Source: a virus. From it: DNA of 64,000 nt. The position numbers and the translations under genes were made by a program. The notes under the pieces were generated by a model, which made no database searches, was not told the DNA's origin, and was given only the letters and a program-made list of their open reading frames with translations. The stretch spans positions 60,899-124,898 of IMG/VR virus record IMGVR_UViG_3300027985_000891. One strand, given 5' to 3'. Of this stretch, positions 1-11,204 are shown piece by piece. The stretch's first letter is position 1. Each line of letters opens with the position of its first letter.

Positions 1-71
1 ACGCCTACACGTTTTCCATTGACAATCTTCCAGGCCGCACCCTGTTCGAGATATATTTTAGTATTACTCAT
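1..71 (-). CDS. 5' end of a gene running off the window (MSNTKIYLEQGAAWKIVNGKRVG...), probably structural
   Basis: ATG at 71-69 on the minus strand, open to position 1, downstream of the 571-aa gene. Confidence 0.55.
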   Translation of the reverse strand, partial: MSNTKIYLEQGAAWKIVNGKRVG

Positions 72-102
72 CTCTTAAAAGTTTATGAGCCTGTCAGCCC
101 AA

Positions 103-1818
103 TTAAAGAATACGACCACCTCCTGCATTTGGATACTCAGCTTGACTAACTGTACCATCACCTGCCAACGTTTGTTCTACCTGATCCTGATCAGATGCAC
201 AAGTAATTGACCGTTTAATCGGACAACCAGTTGACAACAGATATGGATTCAGAATAGCTTCAAACTCCGTGCGAGTAACACTGTCTCCTGAAGGAATCAG
301 AATTACTGTTCTTCCTCGACTGGCATGCATGTTACCATGAATACCAATGTCATGTTTAGGAAGCGAATGCTCCAGAATGTAGCTACAGTAAGTTTCCTTA
401 CATACAGACTTGGTACTGTAAGCTCGAGATCCTCCATTGTAAGAACCTACTCCTGATCGCAGTGGTAAACCGAATGCTCCATGAGGATCGTATCCCCAAG
501 CATTATGATTTCTTCCACTACCACCATTATCCGTAGTATATTCTCTCCACTTCCACTCATAACCCAGGTTCTCTGGCAATTGAGCAGCTTGTGTTTTCTT
601 CACATAGGTAGATCCGCAAGCGAATCCAGAGCTTGGAAGTACACTAATACTTCTACCCAAATATCCTCGAACAGTGTCAGGTGGGAAGTCACAATTACAG
701 TCAATCTCTACTGGCTTGGCAATAAAGCGTAGACCTGCAACAGGAACATAAGCTCCATCTTCTGGTGCACTACAAGAAGGACAGTTATTAGGAAGTGTGA
801 TCGATGCAAATGGATCAGATTCTAAACAAGGAGTAATTTCTCCATCTTCATCATCGATCAACTGGAAGTCAGTCACACAGGTATTCACCTGTAAGTGATA
901 AGAACAACATGGTCGACCGGTACCAGACAAAGCAGAAGTAAATACTGCTGTTCCAAACTTTCCAAGAGCAGCATTGATCTGATTTACAATGCTAGGAAGT
1001 TGCGCCTGAAGCGACAATGTACCATCAGCAGGATTCAGTGAGTTATCAAATGTAATTGCTACAGCACCATCCACAGGATGAGTAAAGGTCAATCCTTTGA
1101 TACCTTCAATATTCAAACAGGTATTACAAGAACCTGCCACTGGATCCAAACAGTAGTCAATAGAAGCTCGAGCATGTCCTCCCCACAAACGAACTGCGTA
1201 GAAAGGCAGATTGGGCTTTTTCTTGGCCAACTTGCTAAACACTGATTGATTCCGAGGATTAGTCAGATAACCGGTGTTGTTAATTTGATCCAGTAATGCA
1301 CATGTCAGCTTGTCGGCATCAATGGCATTATCACAAGCATCACACTCGCAACAGTCAGTAGTTACACTGAAGTTGTAAGCGGAAGGTCGATTATAAGGAT
1401 ATTGATTTTGGGTAGTGTCATCCTCAACTGTCACTGTAACCCCAAAGGATTCATTGCAATGAACACACTTGTAGAACAAGTCTACGATGGGTTCTACTCC
1501 ACAACGAGGCGGTTCTGCCGTAGCAGCTTGAATATTGCAACCCCAAATAGAGTCCCCGTATGGTTTACGTAGAACATCTGCCAAACCATCACCATTAGTA
1601 TCTTCACCGATGGCAATTACGATTCGATCAGCGTCAGTCAGAGCATCACCAGGACCCATTGATACGTTGGTAGTATGATCATAAATGACCATTTGGCCAT
1701 CGAAGATCGTATTGAGGGTATACTGCCCATCCGAACCACAAACAAACACAGGCTTGTTTGCAGCGAACAAAGAGTAGTTTCCTCTTGCTACCAATACATT
1801 TTCACGTACCTTTCGCAT
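103..1818 (-). CDS. Cys-rich virion structural protein (auxiliary capsid/decoration-like)
   Basis: 571-aa ORF downstream of the MCP block, a position typical of crAss-like auxiliary capsid genes; function inferred from position. Confidence 0.6.
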   Translation of the reverse strand: MRKVRENVLVARGNYSLFAANKPVFVCGSDGQYTLNTIFDGQMVIYDHTTNVSMGPGDALTDADRIVIAIGEDTNGDGLADVLRKPYGDSIWGCNIQAATAEPPRCGVEPIVDLFYKCVHCNESFGVTVTVEDDTTQNQYPYNRPSAYNFSVTTDCCECDACDNAIDADKLTCALLDQINNTGYLTNPRNQSVFSKLAKKKPNLPFYAVRLWGGHARASIDYCLDPVAGSCNTCLNIEGIKGLTFTHPVDGAVAITFDNSLNPADGTLSLQAQLPSIVNQINAALGKFGTAVFTSALSGTGRPCCSYHLQVNTCVTDFQLIDDEDGEITPCLESDPFASITLPNNCPSCSAPEDGAYVPVAGLRFIAKPVEIDCNCDFPPDTVRGYLGRSISVLPSSGFACGSTYVKKTQAAQLPENLGYEWKWREYTTDNGGSGRNHNAWGYDPHGAFGLPLRSGVGSYNGGSRAYSTKSVCKETYCSYILEHSLPKHDIGIHGNMHASRGRTVILIPSGDSVTRTEFEAILNPYLLSTGCPIKRSITCASDQDQVEQTLAGDGTVSQAEYPNAGGGRIL

Positions 1819-1855
1819 GATTATATGTTTAAAAATGTTATTAAATCAACCTGCT

Positions 1856-2581
1856 TTACTGCATATATAACTTATCAGTAAAGAGAATTTCCTTGAGTTT
1901 CGCTTCAAAATCATTCATCAACCCCAAGTCTCTCAAGGCATAAACTACTGCCACATCTACAATCTTTCTCCACAGGAACGTACTATCAATTATAAAGTCC
2001 GAATCCTGGCTTACCTGTTCGCCGGCAGCATTGGTATAAGACGAAGCTTGATCTAGTAACGAGGGTGCTGCAATATTATCCGGTTTAAACATGTAGTCCA
2101 TATAGAACTCCACGATTTCGTGTTCCGGTTTTTTATACACATAGTACCCGTCATTCCCCTCTTCTCCAAAGGTCTCTTCCCATTCAAAACTAGGCTCCCA
2201 ATAAGGATCTTTTAAAGACTCGTTGACATCATCTGTTTGAATAGTGAATACCCGAAGTCTTCTTTTCTTATCACAATCCTTGGTTTTAAATATGGCCCAT
2301 TGCGTTAATGCTCTATAGTATTTGTCCGGAAACTTAAATACTACACATTCACTTGTGGACCTGACCACAGAGAGTTTCTGTTTCTTTTTCTCCAATAACC
2401 GTAAATGATTACGGATGGTAGTATTGATTTCTGATAAAGCGTAGAAGTTCTCCAGTACGACTTCTTTAGCATGATTGAAGTAAGAATCCCGGGCGGCAAC
2501 CGATATTTTCTTGTTGTACCCTGAATCTATTCTATTAATCTGCTTGATGAACTCATAATGGAACTGCGTCGCTTTAATCAT
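1856..2581 (-). CDS. Putative head-tail ring/connector protein
   Basis: 241 aa; position after MCP and helical N- and C-termini resemble crAss-like ring proteins. Confidence 0.55.
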   Translation of the reverse strand: MIKATQFHYEFIKQINRIDSGYNKKISVAARDSYFNHAKEVVLENFYALSEINTTIRNHLRLLEKKKQKLSVVRSTSECVVFKFPDKYYRALTQWAIFKTKDCDKKRRLRVFTIQTDDVNESLKDPYWEPSFEWEETFGEEGNDGYYVYKKPEHEIVEFYMDYMFKPDNIAAPSLLDQASSYTNAAGEQVSQDSDFIIDSTFLWRKIVDVAVVYALRDLGLMNDFEAKLKEILFTDKLYMQ

Positions 2582-3539
2582 TTTCCAATGCTTTCTCTAA
2601 TCGGATCATTACTTCCTGGTTCGCAGGATCGTTGAAATACTCATAAAGTTTACCATCAGTAGTCGCTATAGGTGTACCAAAGAGTAAGTAACCTTGCGTC
2701 TTATGCTTTTTCAATTTTCCAGTCGCCTTTGCTTTCTGGATCTTATGTCGGATGTTTAGTTCTTCGGTGTCTGCCTGACACATTTCAATGAATGCTTTTT
2801 GCTTGGTCAGTTTGGTACCTCCCATCATTGTCTTGTTGTCCTGGCTGGCATCCCATAGAACTTCATCTATAATACCGCGTTCAACACTTTCATTCGAGAT
2901 CAATCCCAGGGCGAGGGCTATCTTCATCTTCTTAGCATCGTTTAAAGCTGCGTACAACTTCGTTGCTTCAACAGAGAGCGTTCTCGCCTCTTTCTTGATC
3001 TGAGTGTCAATGTTCTTATCAGTGATCACATACTTCACTCGTTGAGATAGAACCGGATTAATCTTCTCACCTCCATGTTGGAAGTGATGATCCGCATTCA
3101 TTCCCGCAAGAATGATCTTGTCAATCGGTCGACTTTTATCTAAAGAAGCTTGACCTTCATACGTAATCACCCTCAATAAAGGATGACTGAAGAATGGATC
3201 GGCAGAGTCATAGACATCGGCAGAAGTAATGTATTCTTTAGCCCTTGGATGTTTATCCGGATACTTCAGTTTACATGCTACTACCAGTTTGTCCAATTCT
3301 GCTTGCTTCTTTTCATCCATCGTTTCATAACCCTTCAACATCCACATTCGGCGTGAAGCAGACCAATTAGGTCTAAACATTTGTCTTGAGTTCGGAAAGC
3401 GCTCGGATTTATATTCTCCGGTAGCGCGATCCTCCTCATGATTGTTTTCAGTGATCTTCTGAAACTGTGTCATTAGACCATTAATAGCCTTGAAGCGTTT
3501 GCTTCCCTGCCTTGGTCTGATCGTGATTAATTCTGCCAT
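2574..3539 (-). CDS. Conserved hypothetical protein of the capsid module
   Basis: 321-aa ORF directly downstream of MCP, overlapping the next gene. Confidence 0.6.
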   Translation of the reverse strand: MAELITIRPRQGSKRFKAINGLMTQFQKITENNHEEDRATGEYKSERFPNSRQMFRPNWSASRRMWMLKGYETMDEKKQAELDKLVVACKLKYPDKHPRAKEYITSADVYDSADPFFSHPLLRVITYEGQASLDKSRPIDKIILAGMNADHHFQHGGEKINPVLSQRVKYVITDKNIDTQIKKEARTLSVEATKLYAALNDAKKMKIALALGLISNESVERGIIDEVLWDASQDNKTMMGGTKLTKQKAFIEMCQADTEELNIRHKIQKAKATGKLKKHKTQGYLLFGTPIATTDGKLYEYFNDPANQEVMIRLEKALEND

Positions 3540-3555
3540 ATTTCAATAGTTTTAT

Positions 3556-5097
3556 TTAGTACTGTACAGCTGGTTTAAACCATGCAGTCAATGTCACGTC
3601 TTTTACGCGAAGACCGAATGTGTCAGCAGCATACAGTTGATAACTTCTCTGTGGTCCACCACAATTGAATCCTTTTCCAGCACGACTGTTGATAGGACCA
3701 GCGGGTGACCATGTACCACAATCGTAACTAAAGACCTCAGAATCCCTACGCTTCAGAAGCTCGATATTGGAACCTCCACCATTACCCATACCATAGTCAA
3801 GGATAATAAACTCGTAGGAAGAAAGTGGTAAACCAGTATCCGGGTGCGTTACCGAACCGTTCAACCAGGTACTGTCAAGAATGTTCCAGTGCTCTACTTT
3901 GATGGAACCAAATGGGAAAATGGTATACTCGGTAAAGTAAGCAGTTGGATATTTCAGACCTTTATAATTGGAAGGCTGGTAAGATTTACCAGGACCGGTA
4001 AAAGTATTGAAGTCAGACTTGATAGCACTAACATCATACTTCTCAGTAATCCAGTTATTCCATAAAGTCAAACCTCCCTGTCCAGTATAAACAGTGATGT
4101 TTCGTCTTTCCGGTGGTACCCGGTCAAACCATATAGACTGAAGATAGTCTACGAACATATCAATGGATCCACCATTGATTGGGTAAGGAATCACGTTTCC
4201 ATCTTCCAAGAACTCCAAGAGTCCCGGGCCGATTCGACGGTGGAATCCTACCGTATTGTCGATGATGTTTTTACCACCACTTCGACCATAGTAAAGCATG
4301 AGTTCTTTTTCCCATTTGGCTTGTGCCAGGAACTCGGCTTCCATATAAGAAATGATCTGATCCGGATAGGATTCAGTCATAGCCTTACCTGCAGCATCCA
4401 CGGCTTGCATTCTCAAGTTCAAGCTATGCGCCTTATTGGTTACTTCTATACTCTTACCCCAATCGGTAAGATCAGACTGAAACTCAATATAGCTCATACC
4501 TCCAAACTGAGTAGAACCGTATCCTCTGGAAGCTTCGGAATAGGCTGCACCTATCTTAATCCACTTCAGAGTGGGCTCCAGTAATTCGGGAGGAAAGTAT
4601 CCGTTAGGATCTGAGTCTACAATCTGTACCGGATAAAGGAAACCAGTTCCATCGGCTACAGGCAAACCCTGAATAACAACTTGACATTCCTTCGCTACAT
4701 CTGGTGCCAAAATATCCCCTTCAACGAACCATTCTACATCCAACTTAATGTTGAACTCAGTTCCTTGAACACCGGGACAATCAACGCCTGGGTGAACATT
4801 TTCAAGCTGAACAGCCTGTACTTCACCAGTACCTCGAAGTCTCCAACGGATCCAATCAGTATCGATTACTCGAGTTCTTCCAGAACCTTGTAAAAAGTCC
4901 TGCATGGGAGTACGCTTGTCCACCAACGACGGAGCGGCAGTAGAAATGTACTGCATTACTGGATCCGTAAGATCCATCCAAGGCTTTGCAAATGGGTGCG
5001 TCAACAAAAGGATGTTCTCACTGGCAAAATTTGCCCAGTACTTATCCTTTTTGGTTGACTCCTCATAAATCTTGAATTTACTTACATTCGGTCTCAT
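3556..5097 (-). CDS. Major capsid protein (crAss-like, HK97 fold)
   Basis: 513 aa; order terminase-portal-scaffold-MCP; segments such as WRLRG, KLDVEWF, EKELMLYYGRS, GPGLLEFLE and YTGQGG resemble crAss-like MCPs. Confidence 0.85.
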   Translation of the reverse strand: MRPNVSKFKIYEESTKKDKYWANFASENILLLTHPFAKPWMDLTDPVMQYISTAAPSLVDKRTPMQDFLQGSGRTRVIDTDWIRWRLRGTGEVQAVQLENVHPGVDCPGVQGTEFNIKLDVEWFVEGDILAPDVAKECQVVIQGLPVADGTGFLYPVQIVDSDPNGYFPPELLEPTLKWIKIGAAYSEASRGYGSTQFGGMSYIEFQSDLTDWGKSIEVTNKAHSLNLRMQAVDAAGKAMTESYPDQIISYMEAEFLAQAKWEKELMLYYGRSGGKNIIDNTVGFHRRIGPGLLEFLEDGNVIPYPINGGSIDMFVDYLQSIWFDRVPPERRNITVYTGQGGLTLWNNWITEKYDVSAIKSDFNTFTGPGKSYQPSNYKGLKYPTAYFTEYTIFPFGSIKVEHWNILDSTWLNGSVTHPDTGLPLSSYEFIILDYGMGNGGGSNIELLKRRDSEVFSYDCGTWSPAGPINSRAGKGFNCGGPQRSYQLYAADTFGLRVKDVTLTAWFKPAVQY

Positions 5098-5121
5098 CCT
5101 TTCATTATTTATTAATCAATA

Positions 5122-6264
5122 TTAAGCTCCATCGCTGGAGAATAAGTAAGCATTCTGACGAGCAGGTTGTCGACTACGGTTTCCACCATGTCTTTGATTG
5201 AGAAGATCCATAATGTCCTCATCACGCTCTTCTTTACCTTGCTCTTTAATCTTGTCAAGCTTAAAGCCATCCAGTAATAGTTTACCAAAAGCCATTTGCT
5301 TTTCAAGATCATTTTTAAACTCTGCCTCAAGCACCTGGTACTTGGTGAATCTTCGGGTTACAGTACCTCCTTTTCCATCAGGTACCTGCCTGATTTCAGT
5401 AGGCTCGAAATAAGCAGAACGGAGTTGTTCTTTTTCCGCATCCGTTAATTTCATACCCAAAATGTTTCCTCCATCAATGATCTTATTCATTGAAAGCGTC
5501 AACTGTTTCACCTGTTCAGCATGTGCCTGCTCCTGAGCTCGTCTTTGTTGAGTCTCATTCGCAAGACGTTCCTTTCGTTTTTTATCGAAATGTTTAGTAC
5601 TGGCCTGAGCTTTTTCATTTAGTTTTTTGGAAAGCTTGTGCGTTTCAATCAAGGATTCTGTTTCGTCTTTTCCAAGACCCAGATCCATATACATGGCGCG
5701 TACACTTTCCTCCAGTTGATCTTCAGTCGCATTTTCCAAATCCAGATCAGCATACTGTCCATCATTGATGGCATCTTTTAATACAGCAGGATCACCTCCT
5801 TTCATAAGAAAGTCAATGAAATCTTTGTACTGAGCCGTCTGTTCCAGGATATGCTCTCTACCAGAATCCAATGTTTTAGCAACATAACCATCCAACTGAC
5901 TAATCAGCTGTTTCCAATCCATCTTCTTGTCAATCTCTTCACCGAAGATATCCGGACGACTTTTAGCCAACTGTACTCCTACCAATGCTGCTTCACTATA
6001 TTCAGCATATTGTTCATCAATAGGTGGTGTTACTGTCTCTACTGGTGGCTCCTCTTCTTCCTCCTCTTCTTCTTCGTCTACAACCGGTGGAGTCGGCTCC
6101 GGTTCTGGCTCTGTAGATATCTGTACAACAGGTTTTTTATCATCTATCAAAGTGTCATCCTCCTCTTCTGGAGAAATGATGTCGTCCATCCGTGTCTGGA
6201 AAGAGATCGGACCTCCGACTTCTATTTCGGCGACTAAGTTGCCTTGTTCTTCTAATTCTGCCAT
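5122..6264 (-). CDS. Acidic scaffold-like protein
   Basis: 380 aa with an E/D/P-rich disordered N-terminus and coiled coil, between portal and MCP. Confidence 0.65.
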   Translation of the reverse strand: MAELEEQGNLVAEIEVGGPISFQTRMDDIISPEEEDDTLIDDKKPVVQISTEPEPEPTPPVVDEEEEEEEEEPPVETVTPPIDEQYAEYSEAALVGVQLAKSRPDIFGEEIDKKMDWKQLISQLDGYVAKTLDSGREHILEQTAQYKDFIDFLMKGGDPAVLKDAINDGQYADLDLENATEDQLEESVRAMYMDLGLGKDETESLIETHKLSKKLNEKAQASTKHFDKKRKERLANETQQRRAQEQAHAEQVKQLTLSMNKIIDGGNILGMKLTDAEKEQLRSAYFEPTEIRQVPDGKGGTVTRRFTKYQVLEAEFKNDLEKQMAFGKLLLDGFKLDKIKEQGKEERDEDIMDLLNQRHGGNRSRQPARQNAYLFSSDGA

Positions 6265-6346
6265 TATTCAAAAATATTTAATAGGTTACTCAATATTCTA
6301 TAGTTAAGTTATAGGCTCCGATAAAACTACATTGCTCTATAGCACA

Positions 6347-8881
6347 TTATGTAGTCTTCATACCTTTGAGCCTAATCTCTTTAGCCTTCAAGCGCATTTC
6401 ATCTTCATGTTTCTTAAGATCAAGTGCACGGTCTTTCTCATTCTGAATAGCCTCATGTTGTATTTTGATCCGATCACGCTCCTGAGCATCATTAATCTGA
6501 TTAAGGTTAATATCATGCTGCTGGGCGTAGCGAGTAGAATTGATCTCTGCCAGGATCATATCCACTTGAGCTTTGTGGTTCATCTTTTGCATCTCGAACT
6601 GTTGCATCATCTCTTGCATCTGCTTTTGAATCTGTGCTTGTTGCTGCATAAGCATTTGCTGATTTTGCACCTCTTCCTGTCGTCGGTCTGCTGCACCCTT
6701 CTCTGCACGTTCTGCAATATTGAGAATCTCAGCCCCATTGTTAGCCCACATTAAGCGTATCAATTCAGGCATAGTGATCAAGCCATTTTGTACCATGGCT
6801 TGGGCTACACTCTTGACGTTCATGATGTTGTTGTAGTCATCTGTGGAATTCCGCACTTTGACAGCCAATTCTGCTGGGCTCATTAGCTGCCAGTCTATTT
6901 CCAGCTCTGCTACCGACATATCGTCCAGAATATACGTTCGGGCAAATTCATTATCCTTGAATGCTACCCGGGTTATCTTCAACATATAGTTGAGCAGATT
7001 CTCTACTACCTTATTATGTGTAGAATAGATATCTTCTGTTTGGTATGAGGACTGTACAATAGATTGTTGATTGTTACTTACCGCAACATACGGCGCAACC
7101 TGCCCCAGGCGGGAGGGGTTATATGACATGGATAAAGCTGCCTGCTGACGGATAAACTCCAGGTACTGTAGTCTACCGGCTACGTCTGACATAGTACTCA
7201 GATCCATATCTTTGAATATCTGAGAGTCAATACCCGGGTTCCAATCTTCATTGGTAGTATCGATCGGAGCGATCTTACCATACTTCATCATCATGATCCA
7301 TTTACCCCAGCTCCATTCTTTGGGTTTGGCATTCATGGTTGTAAGTAAAACCTTACCGACATCCGTGGCCTCCATTTCATGGATCTTAGCCATCTGTACA
7401 TTATATTTGTACTGCCATGGTTTTCCTAGATCAAGAGGCGCAACATTTTTTGCGTTACCAAATAACCTTCCGTACTCTACTCCTATATATGGAAGCTTCG
7501 TGTTCCATGGGTTATCAACAGAAGCGTATTGATAAGGTATGGGACGCTTGTTCAAATATATCGCATCTGTTGTTCCAATTTTATCAACTTCCCAAACCTC
7601 GGGGACCCAGATCACCTTTTGAGATATGTCCCCTTTCGATTGATTATACTTATAGCTCTCGTCCAGCCAGTAATGTTTGATACCTTCCTGAGTCACTCGG
7701 GTCAAATAGATTAGCTTGCGAAGTGACTTCCATACAATATGTACATGACGAATAGATGAGTATCCATCATCATCTGATCCAAACCGTTGATATATGGCTT
7801 TGACATATTCCTGTCCTGCTTTGGTCCGAATATCCGGAGAGTTTTCAAATATCTTTCCTCCAGAGTGAGCATCCGCAGCACTGACTTCTGCTACCAGGCG
7901 AGACTGCATACTATCATAGGCAATATTGCTATCGGCAAATGAGTTGAAGACACCATCCAGTTTAGCTAGATCTGCAGACTCCATGATATCTCCAAACTTA
8001 TTATGTAAGTCAGAGAGATTGATACGTTGCTCATATTTAGCCCATTCACCATCTTCAATGAAGTGTGTATTCCGGGAGGAAGAGCTCATAAACCCTACAG
8101 GATTAACCAGCTCGATATGTGGCATATTATGTCTGACCGTGACATAATAGATTTCTTCTCCGGAGATAATGCCGTGTTTAAAACCTTGATCAGTCAGATA
8201 CTTGATATCATAATGACTCATAGCCCAGTCAACTAACTTCTGTCCCTGCATCTCTGAAGGACTCTTGTAGTCCTTTCGCATATAGTTATCGATCTCATCC
8301 GGAGTCATTAACTTACTTTCCTGATCTACCTGGGACATAAACTGATCCTGTTCCTCCGGGGACAGTGAGTACGGATCTGTAATCTTAAGTCGGTACATCA
8401 CATCCATCATGGCTTGCTGACGAATGGGTTCAAGATACTTTTGACTTAAGTATTGCTGGAAGAGTTTATTCCGGTGCATTTTACGCATATTCATGCTGTA
8501 CCCGGAAGCATCAATAGCCAGTGGTTTTAATGGTCGACGTTGTTGTTCTCCCACCATAGCCTTAGCTATCTGATCAATAAGTGGTAAATGTTGTATTTCA
8601 TCATAGCCGGCACTAAGTCCTTCTTCCTCCAACTCCGCACCCATGGTCGGTACATAAGCTCGCATAGCCTCTTCACCTCTACCATTGTATAGATTATAGT
8701 TGAGTCGAAGTCTTTTCATACGTTCACTATCATAGTAATACCCATAATAGTGATCATAGAAATCGGCACACCGTTCAGCCCATTGAAATCCTTTTGCCTT
8801 CTTTTTAGCCCAGGTTAATCGCTGCTGTGGATATCCTATTTCCTGCAGTACTTCAGAGTCTATGTATTTATTAGTAGACAT
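6347..8881 (-). CDS. Portal protein
   Basis: 844 aa after the terminase; NYNLYNG, GEEIYYV and WVPEVWE motifs plus a Q-rich coiled-coil C-terminus, as in crAss-like portals. Confidence 0.85.
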   Translation of the reverse strand: MSTNKYIDSEVLQEIGYPQQRLTWAKKKAKGFQWAERCADFYDHYYGYYYDSERMKRLRLNYNLYNGRGEEAMRAYVPTMGAELEEEGLSAGYDEIQHLPLIDQIAKAMVGEQQRRPLKPLAIDASGYSMNMRKMHRNKLFQQYLSQKYLEPIRQQAMMDVMYRLKITDPYSLSPEEQDQFMSQVDQESKLMTPDEIDNYMRKDYKSPSEMQGQKLVDWAMSHYDIKYLTDQGFKHGIISGEEIYYVTVRHNMPHIELVNPVGFMSSSSRNTHFIEDGEWAKYEQRINLSDLHNKFGDIMESADLAKLDGVFNSFADSNIAYDSMQSRLVAEVSAADAHSGGKIFENSPDIRTKAGQEYVKAIYQRFGSDDDGYSSIRHVHIVWKSLRKLIYLTRVTQEGIKHYWLDESYKYNQSKGDISQKVIWVPEVWEVDKIGTTDAIYLNKRPIPYQYASVDNPWNTKLPYIGVEYGRLFGNAKNVAPLDLGKPWQYKYNVQMAKIHEMEATDVGKVLLTTMNAKPKEWSWGKWIMMMKYGKIAPIDTTNEDWNPGIDSQIFKDMDLSTMSDVAGRLQYLEFIRQQAALSMSYNPSRLGQVAPYVAVSNNQQSIVQSSYQTEDIYSTHNKVVENLLNYMLKITRVAFKDNEFARTYILDDMSVAELEIDWQLMSPAELAVKVRNSTDDYNNIMNVKSVAQAMVQNGLITMPELIRLMWANNGAEILNIAERAEKGAADRRQEEVQNQQMLMQQQAQIQKQMQEMMQQFEMQKMNHKAQVDMILAEINSTRYAQQHDINLNQINDAQERDRIKIQHEAIQNEKDRALDLKKHEDEMRLKAKEIRLKGMKTT

Positions 8882-11204
8882 GGAATGGTTTGTTTTGCGT
8901 TATATATCTTCTTCTTCTAGCCAGAAACTGATCCAGGTCTTTCATAGGCTTGATATCTGGTTTGTGTTCAAATGGTACCATGCGCTCCTGAGATAGCCAT
9001 AATACCAGTAACTTGAGTGCAGATACATGGTCAAAGTTCTGCTCCCGATCATAAGCAATCAGCTCTGATAATAGTCTCGGGGAATAGAATTTATCTATAT
9101 TGGTTAGTACACGTCCATCCTCACTGGTACCCCAGGTTTCCAATAGCCACTGTCGAATAAGAATCTCACAGTGAATATTAAGGCTCTTACTCATATGCAC
9201 ACCTACATCATACTTCTTCCCTGGGTTCTTTAATGCAGCACTGATCGCTTCATACGGAGAGATCTGCAATAGATGTTGTTTATTCTTCATCTTACAATAC
9301 CGGATAAAATCAGGAATGTTATTTTCTACCAAGATTTTGGCATTGTAGTATGTAGCCAACTGAATGGCAATATCATGTATATCATGTACCTGATCATACC
9401 GGCCTATATACTCTGCTACAATGGCATCCTGTAGACCACCATTCCACTGACCATCCACAAATCCTTTGTGAACCAGGATCGATGCTAGTGAGGTACCCCC
9501 ATTATCATCCTTGACCGGGTCATAGACTACCTTGTAGAGTGATTTTCTAAATGAAGGATTAGGTATATCTTCCGGTGGATGTTCATAAATCACCACACAT
9601 CCGGCAATATCTCCTTTATAAGAATCCAGGTTAAGTGTAGTAATGGGTTTTATTTTACGATGTACATCTTCCTGCCATAGGACAGCATCGCCGGCTTTGT
9701 TCCAATGCAACGCTCCAATAGAAGCATGCAACGGAAACAGTTCATGACTGAGTACTGTTGCTTCTCGTTGTCGAAGCTTGGCAGTAGGAAACACATTGGC
9801 CGTAGGAGAAAGAAACATTTCTGAAGGCACAATAGGACGTGCCATCATATAACCATCCAGGGCGGAGGATGTGGCTGCTTTTTCTCTGAGTTTACGTTGA
9901 TTCAGTTCTTCAGCCAGAGCAGCATCGAGATCGGTATTGCCCAGTTTATCTTTAAAGTCATTATCCACATAATATGCCGGCAAGAAAAATCCTATAGGTT
10001 TGATTCTATTCTCCCAGTAATCCTTATATGGTAAAAAGTTATAGGCTTCCGGATCCTCAAAAACTATTTTGGATTCAGTGATCTTTTCCATGTTACCACC
10101 GGTACCTATGTAAAAGCTGGATCCAAACTTATTTCGTCGGATCTGACAGGTTTCATTGGAAGCATGTACATCTAATAGATTAGCTAACAGACCAACCTCT
10201 TCTATGACCATGACCGTTGGACGAGTACCTACCGCGGCTTGCGGGTTCTCTGAAGTATAAACACCATGCTGTATTTTAGTACCGGTACCACCAGTCAACC
10301 AGGTATTTCCTTCCTGATATTTATACTCATGACGATAAGGAGATTTAGAATTGTTAGGTGTAAGTGTTCCGGAATAGTTGTTATGAAAGTAACCCGGGAT
10401 GAATTCCTCACCGGTTCCCCAAGAACCATAATGTTTGGTCAACCATTCCTGAGTGGTTGTAAACTTGGTCAATAAATCAGAGGACTTGGATGCCAATGCA
10501 GAACCTACAAAGATTTCTACCGGTGCCGGTCTGTTCAAATAACTCTCATCAAAGTACTTCTTACCATAGAAGTTATACTCATGACCAATTACTGCATTTC
10601 CACAAAAGAAAGATTTACCAAAACCCCGGGATCCCAGGACAAAGAAGTTCAGTGCTTGATTTAGAAAATAAGGTCTTCCAAGAGGCTTTTCATGTGTCTG
10701 ATATAGATATTCACGAGCTTCTATATATTTTTTATAGCCCTTACCATCCGGTAATATGATACTATCCTTAATTCGATCCAGTATCCGGAGTTCTTTATCA
10801 GACAAGGAAAGGATTCCTTGATCCTCCAATTTCTTTACCAATCGATGAGAGGTGTATTCAGGATCATCTTCAAATCCACTGAAACCTCGACAGGTCAACC
10901 AACCATAACTCATCAACCATTCTACATCCCGTAGAAGTGGTCTGATCTTACGAGTCGTATTGCCTTTCTCATCTTCATCGTCAATGATGCAAAAGTTGGT
11001 ATAGTAATAGAGAAAGCCTGGCATGTAGCGCCAGCCTCCTTCTACACCATTGCTATCATTTCCCCACTTTCCTTCCAGACAGTAACGTTCCTGTTCCTCC
11101 CAATGACGTTGATAGGCGGTTGAATCCGGGTGAAACTCCGGATGGGAGTTTACCACAAAATCATCAATATTATATAGTACTGGAAATAGCCTTACAGCTT
11201 TCAC
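8871..11204 (-). CDS. terL: Terminase large subunit
   Basis: Walker A-like GSRGFGKS, Walker B VIEEVG, GTGG coupling motif, nuclease motifs YDP, VENN and NFDHVSA. Confidence 0.9.
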   Translation of the reverse strand: MKAVRLFPVLYNIDDFVVNSHPEFHPDSTAYQRHWEEQERYCLEGKWGNDSNGVEGGWRYMPGFLYYYTNFCIIDDEDEKGNTTRKIRPLLRDVEWLMSYGWLTCRGFSGFEDDPEYTSHRLVKKLEDQGILSLSDKELRILDRIKDSIILPDGKGYKKYIEAREYLYQTHEKPLGRPYFLNQALNFFVLGSRGFGKSFFCGNAVIGHEYNFYGKKYFDESYLNRPAPVEIFVGSALASKSSDLLTKFTTTQEWLTKHYGSWGTGEEFIPGYFHNNYSGTLTPNNSKSPYRHEYKYQEGNTWLTGGTGTKIQHGVYTSENPQAAVGTRPTVMVIEEVGLLANLLDVHASNETCQIRRNKFGSSFYIGTGGNMEKITESKIVFEDPEAYNFLPYKDYWENRIKPIGFFLPAYYVDNDFKDKLGNTDLDAALAEELNQRKLREKAATSSALDGYMMARPIVPSEMFLSPTANVFPTAKLRQREATVLSHELFPLHASIGALHWNKAGDAVLWQEDVHRKIKPITTLNLDSYKGDIAGCVVIYEHPPEDIPNPSFRKSLYKVVYDPVKDDNGGTSLASILVHKGFVDGQWNGGLQDAIVAEYIGRYDQVHDIHDIAIQLATYYNAKILVENNIPDFIRYCKMKNKQHLLQISPYEAISAALKNPGKKYDVGVHMSKSLNIHCEILIRQWLLETWGTSEDGRVLTNIDKFYSPRLLSELIAYDREQNFDHVSALKLLVLWLSQERMVPFEHKPDIKPMKDLDQFLARRRRYITQNKPFHVY